A stretch of DNA of 64,000 nt from contig JBHGNT010000003.1 in NCBI GenBank assembly GCA_043228905.1, forward strand, positions 8,618,001-8,682,000. Direction: 5' to 3'. Within the stretch, counting starts at the first letter, position 1, and each line of letters opens with the position of its first letter. The translations under genes were made by a program, and so were the position numbers. Positions 1-10,790 of this stretch are shown here, piece by piece. The notes beneath the pieces were generated by a model, which made no database searches, was not told the DNA's origin, and worked only from the letters and a program-made list of their open reading frames with translations. The DNA is from Azolla caroliniana (Eukaryota; Plantae; Polypodiophyta).

Positions 1-2295
1 ACAACACGACCCACAAGGGATGTTCAAAGGACAATGGGATGTGGCAATAAAAACCCACTGAAGGAAGAAAGCTCGAAGAGGGAAGCTTCGAAAGAACTAA
101 ACATAGAAGCCTTGATGAGAGAGGCAATAATGAACTTAAAGGCACAAGTCGGGGTTGAAGAGAAGCTGAAAACAAAACCGAGGAAAATGGTGATCAACGA
201 AGAGGAGACCTCTCGACAAATGCAGACTAATGGTACAGCCAATACGAAGGCCCAGGTTCGGTATGACAGTACCATGGGAGAAGGTGTGAAACAAACCACC
301 TTCTCGACTTATGGAGGAACGACGGTCGAGAGAAGGGCCAAAGACTCGAGAGCGGGAAATGCTGCTTTAAGAGTGGACAAGCATTTCGGAACACATGATG
401 TGTCCGAAATATCGAGTAATGAAGGTGCAAGCATGAGGGAAGCTTGCGTGATCAAGGGATGTAAAGAGTGCGAGGTCGACGTGATTGAGGCGGTAGCCAC
501 GAGGAACGACATCGAGTCGCAGATGGCTAAGGAAGAGTCCACGACGAATGACCGTGTCGAGACTTTCCTAACACTTGATCTAGAGACTTGGGCAGTTGCG
601 TTCGAGAGCCAACATGAGACCCAAGAGACGGAAAGTGGTGGGGAAGAAAATATTGAAGACAATGCGAATAACAACATTGAGCGAAAGATGGCTACGGATG
701 AGAAGACGGTGACAGATGGTGTCGACGTTCTCCCCACAATTGTTCCTGAGACTTCGGCAGTTGTGCTCGAGTGTCAACGTGAGACCGGAGAGATGGAAGG
801 TGACGGCAAGAAATCGAAGGACCAAAACGGCGATGAGGACGATGACCACAAACGAAGGGATCCCTCCACACCGGTTCCGGAGACTTCGGTAGTTGTGCCC
901 GAGAGCCAACATAAGACCGGAGAGATGTCGAATACAAGTGTATAATGGACGTATTCACACTATCCCTTTGTATAGATCAAGTTTGGGCCATTTGTGTAAT
1001 TAGCATAAATGGTAGTTGCCCTAAGTCAGTCACTATATATAGTGACCTTGTAACCTCTTTGTAAGGTTGGTTGTATTATTGTTTTCTATGGAATAGAAAA
1101 AGTCTTTTGTGCCTCTTCTCTCTCTCTCTCTCTCTCTCTGTGCACGATCTTGGAAACTGTCATACGCAGGTACTCGAAACCCTAATCGAATGCTTCTTGA
1201 TCTTCCGCATCGACACGGCCTTGTCTTCAACAAGAGATGGAAGGTGGCAGTGAGGAGATGAGGGTCGAAGCCAGCACATACAGAGGAACGATGGCCAACA
1301 AGGAGGCCAAAAATAAAGCTACAATAGAGTTCGATGAAGAGCCAAAGAGCGGAAAGAAAGGAAGAACTGGAATACAATCTGGATGGAAGATGAAGTCGTT
1401 GGTATTCCAACCCGAACGGAAGCCAACCCGAACGAGAGTTGATCAACCGGGCCCGACCCAACTGAAAACCGGACGGAAACTAACCCGGACGAAAGTCGAT
1501 CATCTGATTCTGATTCGGCCGAATGTGAATCCGAACGAAGGCCGACCAAGCCAGAAGTTGATTGGTCGAGACCGATCCCGACAGAAGTTGAGCCGGCCTA
1601 GACGGAGGTCGAAGCAAACAAGCCGCGACATCCAGTCGAGGCTGTTGAGCATAAGGAAAGGCAAGCATGAGACAAGAAAGGATGATAAAGAAAAGTTAAG
1701 TGACCAAGGAGATGGCCGAGATGAAGGTGGCACATGCACGAGGCATGAAGCGTTATGCTCGGGAGGAGCAAAGGGAGCCATGACAACTAGACATGACAAT
1801 AAAACAGGTGAGCGAATGATATGGTGGATCGGATGGCAACGACAGTTCGAAGTAGACGGCAAAAAGATGGTGCGGACGAGCCGCAAGAAAGGAGGAAGTC
1901 AAACACCAACCGCCTTTGACCCTTCCACATCACTCTTTTCTTCTTGGCACATACCGGAGGATGTGCAGTTTGGTGGGGGTGGATGTCGTGATGTGGCATG
2001 TCTAGTGCGAGAAAAACTCAAAAATTGAGGATCCACACACATTTCACGAATACTTGTAAAAATGAAAATAAATAAACCTAGGTCACAATGGCATTGAGTG
2101 CATGTAGAGGGTTGCAAGTAGGATCTACAACACTAAAGCTACTACTAAGTGTTGTAGATGTTCTATATTTCTTTCTCATATTCAGTATTCCGTAGGAAAC
2201 AAACGAACAAAACCGTGTACACAAAACCACGGTTTTAAGCCCATGGTTTCCTGCATGTCACAAAGCAAAACGGTGTGCACAAAAACCATGGGCTT
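1..2295 (+). mobile_element. P1a: gag-only LTR retrotransposon, 3' part plus U3 half of 3' LTR (1984-2295)
   Basis: Inverted close copy of P1b (ORFs 34-945 and 1237-2028 match the 782-aa ORF). PPT-like GGTGGGGGTGGA precedes LTR start TGTCGTGATG at 1984. Confidence 0.85.
926..1232 (+). mobile_element. Solo LTR of copia family C3 inserted in the P1a ORF
   Basis: TG...CA ends, TSD AGAGA (921-925/1233-1237), homologous to LTRs at 39526-39821 and 45559-45846. Removing it restores TGEMEGG. Confidence 0.93.
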
Positions 2296-2449
2296 GGAGC
2301 CATGGTTTCTGTGCACACAGTTTTGCTTTGTGACCTGCAGGAAACCATGGGCTTAAAACCGTGGTTTTGTGTACACAGTTTTGTTCGTTTGTTTCCTACG
2401 GAATACTGAATATGAGAAAGAAATATAGAACATCTAAAGCCCTTCGTAG

Positions 2450-2504
2450 TAGCTTTAGTGGTAAGGTAATTGCCTCTTACCTTAGAGGTGCAAGGTTCAA
2501 ATCC
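2450..2504 (+). promoter_or_regulatory. tRNA-like Pol III internal promoter (A box + B box) in P1 LTR
   Basis: TAGCTTTAGTGG (2450) and GGTTCAAATCC (2494), with starts 44 nt apart and a CCTCT/AGAGG stem between them. Confidence 0.7.
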
Positions 2505-2596
2505 TACTTGCAACCCTCTACATGCACTCAAAGCCATTGTGACCTAGGTTTATTTATTTTCATTTTTACAAGTATTCGTGAAATGTGTGTGGATCC

Positions 2597-4945
2597 TCAA
2601 TTTTTGAGTTTTTCTCGCACTAGACATGCCACATCACGACATCCACCCCCACCAAACCGCACATCCTCCGGTATGTGCCAAGAAGAAAAGAGTGATGTGG
2701 AAGGGTCAAAGGTGGTTCGTGTTTGATTTCCTCCTTTCTTGTGCGACGTCCGCACCGTCTTTTTGTCGTCTACTTCGAACTGCCATTGCCATCCGATCCA
2801 CCATATCATTCGCTCACCTTTTTTATTGCCATGTCTAGTTGTCATGGCTCCCTGTGCTCCTCCCGAGCATAACGCTTCATGACTCGTGCATGTGCCACCT
2901 TCATCTCGGCCATCTCCTTGGTCACTTAAGTTTCCTTTATCATCCTTTCTCGTCTCATGCTTGCCTTTCCTTATGCTCAACAGCCTCGACTGGATTTCGC
3001 GGCTCGTTTGCTTCGACCTCTGTCTAGGCCGGCTCAACTTCTGTCGGGATCGGTCTCGACCAATCAACTTCTGGCTTGGTCGGCCTTCGTTCGGATTCAC
3101 ATTCGGCCAAATCGGACTTAGATGATCGACTTTCGTCCGGGTTAGTTTCCGTCCGGTTTTCAGTTGGGTCGGGCCTAGTTGATCAACTCTCGCCCGGGTC
3201 GGCTTCCGTTCGGGTCGGAATACCAACCGAGTCATCTTCCATCCGGATTGTATTCCGGTTCTTCCTTTCTTGCCACTCTTTGGCTCTTCATCGAACTCTA
3301 TTGTAGCTTTGTTTTTGGCCTCCTTGTTGGCAACCGTTCCTCTGTATGCGTCGGCTTCGACCCTCATCTCCTCGTTGCCACCTTCCATCTCTCCGGTCTG
3401 ATGTTGGCTCTCGGGCACAACTGCCGAAGTCTTCGGAACCGGTGTGGAGGGATCCCTTCGTCTGTGGTCATCGTCCTCATTGCCACTTTGTTCCTTCAAT
3501 TTCTTGTCGTCACCTTCCGTCTCTCCGGTCTCACGTTGACACTCGGGCACAACTGCCGAAGTCTCAGGAAGAAATGTAAGGAGAACCTCGACACCATCGG
3601 TCACCGTCTTCTCATCCGTAGCCATCTTTCGCTCAATGTTGTTATTCGCATTGTCTTCAATATTTTCTTCCCCACCACTTTCCGTCTCTTGGGTCTCATG
3701 TTGGCTCTCGGACGCAACTGCCCAAGTCTCTAGATCAAGTGTTGGGAAAGTCTCAACACGGTCATCCGCCGTGAACTCTTCCTTAGCCATCTGCGACTTG
3801 ATGTCGTTTCTTGTGGCTACCGCCTCAATCACATCGACCTCGCACTCTTTAGATCCCTTGATCACGCAAGCTTCCCTCATGCTTGCACCTTCATTACTCG
3901 ATATTTTGGACATAGCATGTGTTCTGAAATGCTCGTCCACTCTTAAAGTAGCATTTCCCGCTCTCGAGTCTTCGGCCCTTCTCTCGACCGTCGTTCCTCC
4001 ATAAGTTGAGAAGGTGGCTTGTTTCACACCTTCTCCCATGGTACTGTCATACCAAACCTGGGCCTTCGTATTGGCCACACCATTAGTCTGCATTTGTCGG
4101 GAGGTCTCCTCTTCGTCGATCACCATTTTCCTCGGTTTTGTTTTCAGCTTCTCTTCAACCTCGACTTGTGCCTTTAAGTTCATTAATGTCTCTCTCATCA
4201 AGGCTTCTATGTTGAGTTCTTTCGAAGCTTCCCTCTTCGAGCTTTCTTCCTTCAGTGGGTTTTTATTGCCACATCCCATTCTCCTTTGAATATCCCTTGT
4301 GGGTCGTGTTGTTGTCGATGAGAGTCTCATCTCCCTCTTATCGTGTTGTCGGCATACCCTTTCCACTTTGGCCCAATCCTCAGTGAGGCCATTTTCACCA
4401 TTGTCATCCTCGAGTTGGATTCCAATGGCCTTCCTTTCATTCCGATCGATTGACTTTACAAACATCAAAACTTTATTCGCCCCCACCAATCTTCGATCCC
4501 GGTCCGAGAGTTGAGCGAAGCGATACTCAAACTCAACGAATGCATGCATAGCACTTTGGTGGGTCTTTCTTGATGACACCCATTCGTGAAACTCATACAG
4601 ACCTCGTCCCTTTTGCTCTTCGTAACCATATGACTCTCGTAAAGCTTCTTTGAAGGACACCCACGAATCGTGAGTTTTTTGAATCTCTTTAATCTCTTCG
4701 AAGATCGGTTCGGCCACCACTCGACAAAAGTACTCCAGCCTCATTGCTTCCTCCACTCCTCTTGAATCCATTTCGGCATTGTAGGCCTTTAGAAATATTT
4801 GGACTTTGCCTCCATCGAAAAACCCAACTCGCTTGATCATGCTTTCGACGGCTTGTTGGGCCGCATCTCGTGTTTTCCCTTCTCTTGAAAACTCCATCAT
4901 CATCTTTGGCATTGCCTTCATTAGATATTCCTCGTCCATCTTCAT
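2597..4945 (-). CDS. gag: 782-aa Gag-like protein: capsid-like N-terminus plus long charged low-complexity tail
   Basis: Uninterrupted ORF. N-terminal FDGGKVQIFLKAYNAEM...WVSFKEAL aligns by eye with P2 gag FDGRNVTKFLDTYRREM...WSEFEKTI. No CCHC knuckle. Confidence 0.8.
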   Translation of the reverse strand: MKMDEEYLMKAMPKMMMEFSREGKTRDAAQQAVESMIKRVGFFDGGKVQIFLKAYNAEMDSRGVEEAMRLEYFCRVVAEPIFEEIKEIQKTHDSWVSFKEALRESYGYEEQKGRGLYEFHEWVSSRKTHQSAMHAFVEFEYRFAQLSDRDRRLVGANKVLMFVKSIDRNERKAIGIQLEDDNGENGLTEDWAKVERVCRQHDKREMRLSSTTTRPTRDIQRRMGCGNKNPLKEESSKREASKELNIEALMRETLMNLKAQVEVEEKLKTKPRKMVIDEEETSRQMQTNGVANTKAQVWYDSTMGEGVKQATFSTYGGTTVERRAEDSRAGNATLRVDEHFRTHAMSKISSNEGASMREACVIKGSKECEVDVIEAVATRNDIKSQMAKEEFTADDRVETFPTLDLETWAVASESQHETQETESGGEENIEDNANNNIERKMATDEKTVTDGVEVLLTFLPETSAVVPECQRETGETEGDDKKLKEQSGNEDDDHRRRDPSTPVPKTSAVVPESQHQTGEMEGGNEEMRVEADAYRGTVANKEAKNKATIEFDEEPKSGKKGRTGIQSGWKMTRLVFRPERKPTRARVDQLGPTQLKTGRKLTRTKVDHLSPIWPNVNPNEGRPSQKLIGRDRSRQKLSRPRQRSKQTSREIQSRLLSIRKGKHETRKDDKGNLSDQGDGRDEGGTCTSHEALCSGGAQGAMTTRHGNKKGERMIWWIGWQWQFEVDDKKTVRTSHKKGGNQTRTTFDPSTSLFSSWHIPEDVRFGGGGCRDVACLVREKLKN

Positions 4946-4960
4946 CCTCCCCTACCGCTC

Positions 4961-4978
4961 TTCACATCGGGTTCACCA
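4961..4978 (-). promoter_or_regulatory. Primer-binding site, tRNA-Trp
   Basis: Plus strand TTCACATCGGGTTCACCA, 17/18 match to the 3' end of plant cytosolic tRNA-Trp as recalled (TTCACGTCGGGTTCACCA). Confidence 0.8.
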
Positions 4979-5612
4979 AAAAATGTCGCGAAGATGCGCG
5001 TGCGAGTGTGCTTCGCTTGAGCGGGACCACCGGGGTCTTGGACCAAGGAGGATGTCCGTCAAGGTATTGAGAAGAGGATGATGTGAATGTAAGATTGGAG
5101 GAAGAACTATTACACTTGAGAAGATTGAAGATTGTATACTTTGAGAAGTAGATAAATAATTACAAGATAGATGTGAAGAAGAAGAAATAGAAGCTTATAT
5201 TATTGATGGTGATGATGATGGTCATATCATATTGAGCCCCCCCTTACACAAGCCGTACTAGGGGTTTTATAGGTTTGTCCATGCACAAAACCATGGGCTT
5301 GGAGCCATGGTTTTTGTGCACACCGTTTTGCTTTGTGACATGCAGGAAACCATGGGCTTAAAACCGTGGTTTTGTGTACACGGTTTTGTTCGTTTGTTTC
5401 CTACGGAATACTGAATATGAGAAAGAAATATAGAACATCTACAACACTTAGTAGTAGCTTTAGTGTTGTAGATCCTACTTGCAACCCTCTACATGCACTC
5501 AATGCCATTGTGACCTAGGTTTATTTATTTTCATTTTTACAAGTATTCGTGAAATGTGTGTGGATCCTCAATTTTTGAGTTTTTCTCGCACTAGACATGC
5601 CACATCACGACA

Positions 5613-6360
5613 CCATGTATAACATTCGGCTGTCCGGGGATGCACTGGTAGATGCACCGGCGTGGTTCTCCTCTACAAGGAGCATCGACTGTAAGTCGAA
5701 GAATGAGGGGGTATTCTCCCTTGTACACACCGCAGTCCGGAACGCTCCGAACTTGGACGCCGGCCTCTGAGACATACCTGCACCATCTCGTCTTCCTCTA
5801 CGGTAACATTGATAGAGGCAAGTGAGTCGCAAATCTCCTTTATCCGGCCCGTGTAGTCTGCCACGGACATGTTCTTCTGTCGAACATTGCCCAACTCCTG
5901 TCTGAGTTGCAGCTTCCGGGCAGTGGTGCTTGCGGCGAAAACCTTTTTCAGGTTCCCCCAAGCATCCTTCGGTGTCTTGGCGTCACGGATGTGGTTGAGC
6001 AGCTGATCGCCGACACTCGATGCGAAGCAATACATCACCCTGCTTGCCGCCTGTTCCCATACCGAGAAGTCCTTGTGTGCCGAGTTTGGCGCCGCATCAT
6101 TCACTCCTTCGACATAACTCCAGTACCCGTGTCCAAGCAGATACTAGTGCATCTTGTAAGACCAGGATGCGTAGTTGCTCCTGTCGAGCTTTTCCACCGG
6201 GAGCGACGTAGCCATGCCTCTATCCATGTCTTCTACTGTGTCTGTTTTCGACCTATTAGGGTTTTCTTCTCAAGAGTAAATGTCTGCAGCAAAGGTTCTC
6301 AACCCTCGCACTCTGATACCATGTAAACGTAAGTGTTTGCGGAAGCGTAAAACAGAGAAC

Positions 6361-6410
<50 letters not shown>

Positions 6411-6753
6411 CAGAGAGAGCAGAACGCTATTTCAAAAAAACTATATCAAGACTCTGCAAAACCACACTGTGCTAAGTAGTACTATTTATACAAGTCCTCT
6501 TGGGACTGACAGAAGTACCATGTACTTCAATGCTCACACGAGCATCTGTCACTTACTACAAGACTATAGATACCTAGTAGTCTATCCTATTCTAGGCTTC
6601 CGATTGGACTGCCGGTTACAGATTGCACCCGGCCTCCACTGCTTGCCGGTTCGGTTGCTCACCGTCATACCGATCCGTTTCGCCCGATCCGTCTCGCTTA
6701 CTGGCTCCGGCTTATTCAGCTGATCCGGCTCCGGTTGAGCTTGCCGCTCAACA
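5613..6753 (-). mobile_element. C2a: 5' end of copia element (LTR 6322-6753, PBS-Met 6310-6321, decayed gag 5613-6215)
   Basis: TGGTATCAGAGT PBS, gag homologous to 46708-47571 and 60085-61761, (AG)n at about 6364-6420 in the LTR. Confidence 0.88.
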
Positions 6754-6858
6754 AATCCTTTCTTGCTAAAGCTAGTGCAAACTTCGAGTCCTTCCGGTTC
6801 AGAACGCTGGCGGTTCCGCCTCACGATCCGCATGTAGTGATGGATTTTTTTCACAACA
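6754..6858 (+). mobile_element. U5 end of a P2-family LTR (host of C2a)
   Basis: Reverse complement of the LTR terminus at 17309 and 49838 (TGTCGTGAAGATCCGTCACTACG...). Followed by CCGA. Confidence 0.85.
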
Positions 6859-7882
6859 CCGATGCATAGGGTATCTTCCTGTTGAGATCTCTCTCCTTAT
6901 ATGTAGATGGAGAGTCTTTATCCGATAGTCGAGTAGACATCGGAAGCAGTGTTGGCATTGGCTTCGCGTTCTCCATGTTGAAGCGCTTCAACACTTTGTG
7001 GATGTAGTCAGAGAGTGTTTGTCTTCCTATTTTCCTCGATCCTCATCCTAGTATGTGTTGGGCTTGTCTGAGTTCCTTCATCGAGAACTTGTCGTGAAGG
7101 CTCCACTTTAGGTTTCTGATTTCGATTTGATTGCTCCCTGCAATCAACATGTCATCGACATATAGGATTAGATAGATCTAGGACTTGTCAGCTAGTTGCC
7201 GAGTACATGCATGGGTCGAAGTCGGACCGGTGATAGCGAAGCTCCATAATTTAGGAGTCAAACTTCTGGTACCACATCCTCAACGCTTGTTTTAAGCCAT
7301 AAAGGCTTTTCTTCAATCGACATATGAGGTGACCTTCCTCCCTTGTCCGTTGAGACATGTAGATGTCTTCTTCAATATCTCCGTGTAGGAATGTTGTCTT
7401 TAGTCCATCTGCTCGAGCTCTAGGTTTTCTGTCGCCACGACCCCAAGTAGGAGCGGAAGGGTAGTCATCTTGACTACTAGTGAGAATATCTTGTTGTAGT
7501 CAACCCCATGTTCTTGTTTGAATCCCTTTTCGATGAGCCGAGCTTTGTATTTGGGCTTCTTCGTATCGCATACATATTTGTATCTGAATACCCATTTGCA
7601 GGGTAGTGGCTTCCTTCCAATTTGCAGTTCGACCAACTCCCATGCATTGTTCTGATGGATCGAGTCCATTTCGGATTGCATGTCTAATAGCCATGTGTCA
7701 GCATCCGGCGCGGCTATGGCTTCCTCGTAGGAACTCGGTTCGCCTACGTCCGTGTAGTTGACATAGTCGAGGCCCGATTGATAGAACTGTATCGGCCTCT
7801 GAACTCGTCTGAATCTCCTGGGTGCCAATTTTGTCGGTTTGATTGCTTTAGTCGATTCAGTTAGCCGATTGGGATTACTTAA
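6859..7882 (-). pseudogene. Decayed copia reverse transcriptase fragment
   Basis: EPSSYEEA...SEMDSIHQNNAWELV...CKWVF...KARL, with YVDDML downstream. Stops and frameshifts. Confidence 0.85.
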
Positions 7883-9990
7883 TGTTAGAGACATGAACTA
7901 ATGTAAGCATTAGATAAGGATAGAATATAGATAAATAGATAGAAAGGAGAGAGACAAAGAAGGGTGTCGATCCACCTGACCACCCCCGAGCGAAGGGATC
8001 GAGACGGACTTGAGCCTCGATCGGCTTCCCATACCACCGTCGTGGTGTCGAGTCGTACCTGGTGCTGGCACGCTCGCTACAAGAGTTGACCCACCACAAG
8101 ACAGAGTCTCGACGTAGTCAACCAGCTGATCAAATGAGGGTAGCTAGGCCTCTTATTTATAGCGATACCCAAGGCCCCCAAGCAAGTTCACACTTGGCCT
8201 AATGTGTTGTCTCAATCCCGAGGATTAAAAGTAATCCTCCGCTTCTTTACACTCTCGTTTAACCCTCACACTTATCCACGTGTATAGAATACTACGGTAA
8301 ATTCTCACCACGGGATATTATATGGTCATGCCCGTAACATACTCCCCCCCGTCTTTCAAACATTGCACTCTTGCAATGGAAAGTTAGGGAAGTTAGTTCA
8401 AAGAGTATTTTCGCGTTCCCATGTGGCATCTTTTATTGATTTATCCATCCATTTTATTTTAAATTCTCGGATTTCTTTAGTACGTAATTTTTTTGTTTTA
8501 ACATTGAGAATTCTTTCTAGTACATGTGTTTTAGAAGAAAATTCTTCAGAAGTAACCAGAGTTTCAGTTATAACTGTATTGTCACCAGAACCTAGAAGTT
8601 CTTTTAGACGACTCACATGAAAGACTGGATGAATTCCAACACCATCAGGAAGAGAGAGACGATAGGCTGATGACCCAATGCGTTAGAGGACTGTAAAAGG
8701 TCCACAAAACCATGGGGCTAACTTAGCGCACTTACCCTTAGATAATGTCTTAGAATTGTGAGGTACACGTAAAAACACCTTCTGTCCAGGGTTGAATACA
8801 CAAGGTTGCCTATGATGATCGACATAAAAACGCGTTCTATCTTGAGCAGTTTTTATATTATCTCGTGCAATATGCAACATATCTTGCATATCCCGAAGAA
8901 AGTTTTGTGTACTTCGCAAATCATCATGATGTATATTAACATCAATCGGGGCTCGTGGCTGAAAACCATACATCAACATAAAAGGACTATATCCCGTTGA
9001 CATATGCTTGGAGCTGTTATAAGCAAACTCCAAAATTGGGAGATAACGTTCCCATTTTGTTGGTTTTGCACCAACATATGCTCGAAGCATGTCCTCAATA
9101 ATTTGATTTACTCGTTCTGTCTATCCATCGGATTGAGAATGATCCGTCGAACTCATGCTCAATGTAGTTTCTAACTTCTTGAAGACTTGCATCCAGAAGT
9201 CACTGGTAAACTTTGGATCTCGATCACTCACAATATCCATCAGTAACCCCTAAAAACGAAATACTCGTCAACAAATTGGTAAGCCAATTCAGAAGCTCTT
9301 ACCGTGGTTTTAGTAGCAATAAATCTGGTCATTTTAGTTAGTCTATCAACCACAACCCAGATGGCATCATGGCCTTTTTGGGTGCGAGGAAGGCTAACAA
9401 TAAAATCCATGGATATACTTTCCCACTTATTGTTGGGAATGTCCAAGGGATGTAAAAGTCTTGCGGCTTTAAGTCGGTCGGCTTTGTTAACCTGACATTG
9501 GTGACATTTAGTTACATAACTATGTATGTCAGGATGCATCGTAGGCCAATAAAATTGAGTGGAGATGAGAACGAGTGTATGATGTATTCCAGGGTGCCCT
9601 GCTGAGGGTGCATCATGGCATTCAAAAAGAATCCTCTTTTTGACCTCGGGTAAATCTGGAACACAAACCTTCCCATTACAGTAGAGCAGACCGTGAGCAA
9701 TGTGGAAGTATTCCTTCGAGGATGTGGTGGTGTCTATTCCAGACTCAACTCTTGCCCAATATTTTGCACAATAACTGTCATTAGGATACTTTCCGTGAAG
9801 GTGATCATAAAGATATGATGTTATTTCAGTGAAGCTAAGCATGTTAACTTCACGGATGCGACTTAGTGCATCAGCAACAGTGTTCATGGAACCTTTACGA
9901 TATCGTATGGAAAAATCAAAGTCCTGGATGAGATCAGCCCATCGTGCCTTACGACCTTTTAGGTCTTGTTGGTCTTGTTGGAAAAATATT
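7883..9990 (-). mobile_element. G2: 3' fragment of chromovirus gypsy (RNase H end, integrase, chromodomain, PPT, 3' LTR 7883-8339)
   Basis: HDAPSAGHPG...KCHQCQ, SMDFI, GPF motif, chromodomain ERILN...FKIKWMDKSIKDATWE (about 8398-8530), G7 PPT next to the LTR. Confidence 0.9.
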
Positions 9991-10187
9991 TTGTGGGACA
10001 CATGACGTTTTTTTTCTCTGTCTCCTCTCGTCAATCTTAGTCGAGTCAGTGTCGACCAATGGACCATGTGCTAATTCGAAGTCGGCAAGGGTGTTGGCTG
10101 CTCGGTCGGTTTCTACTATTTGTCAAACCTCTAATTCAACCCGGTGAGTCGGTCCTTCTATGACGAATTTGTTGTTAGCCAGCTTGC

Positions 10188-10433
10188 AATATAGCCCCGA
10201 TGGACTCTCAGAAACATATTTACGAATATATCCCTTCATTCGGTGAGGACTCCTCACCGGGCCTGCATCATCCGGCGCTTGTCGGGCACTCATCATCCGG
10301 TTCTCACCGGGTCTTCACCATCCGGCTCTTGTCGGGTACTCGTCATCCGGTTCTCACCCGGTCTTCCGTTGCTAGGTACTCCTCATCCGGTTCTCACCGG
10401 GTCATCCCATCCGGAGGGACCTATCTCCTAACA
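10188..10433 (-). mobile_element. Partial C1 copia LTR (U3 end)
   Basis: Close match to 52567-52801. Ends CTCCTAACA and is followed by AGAAC. Confidence 0.85.
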
Positions 10434-10790
10434 AGAACCCCTCAATCCGAGCACTTTGGACATTTTAGACGAGGATTGAAGGCTGGATAGTGGGATTCGA
10501 CATACAAGGTATTGTCCCACAGGCATGCCATGTGTTAGCCAGCTGGCAAGGAGTGGAGGACAGTCCAGAATGTGAAAGGGCAGGAATAATCAGAAGCTGT
10601 TATTAGGATATTAAGTAATTAAGTAGATTTTTGAGAAGTGAACGGACGAACCGGAATCGGTTAACCGATCTGGATCCGGATTGTTTCATATTAGTGTGCC
10701 GGTTGGCACTGTTTTGTAGGCAGAGCCGGTGATCTATAAAAAGGCCCGGTTACATTGTAAATGACGACGGATAATTAATAAAGCTCTATT

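Larger units (their letters stand above)
2296..5612 (-). mobile_element. P1b: gag-only non-autonomous gypsy-derived LTR element (5' LTR 4984-5612; U3 half of 3' LTR 2296-2641)
   Basis: LTR TG...CA, PBS at 4961-4978, PPT next to 2641, a single ORF and no pol motifs. Confidence 0.88.

Noticed and set aside
2441-2515. Bona fide tRNA genes in P-family LTRs
   Set aside because: No 7-bp acceptor stem or canonical 7-nt anticodon loop could be drawn. Only promoter boxes and partial arms remain.
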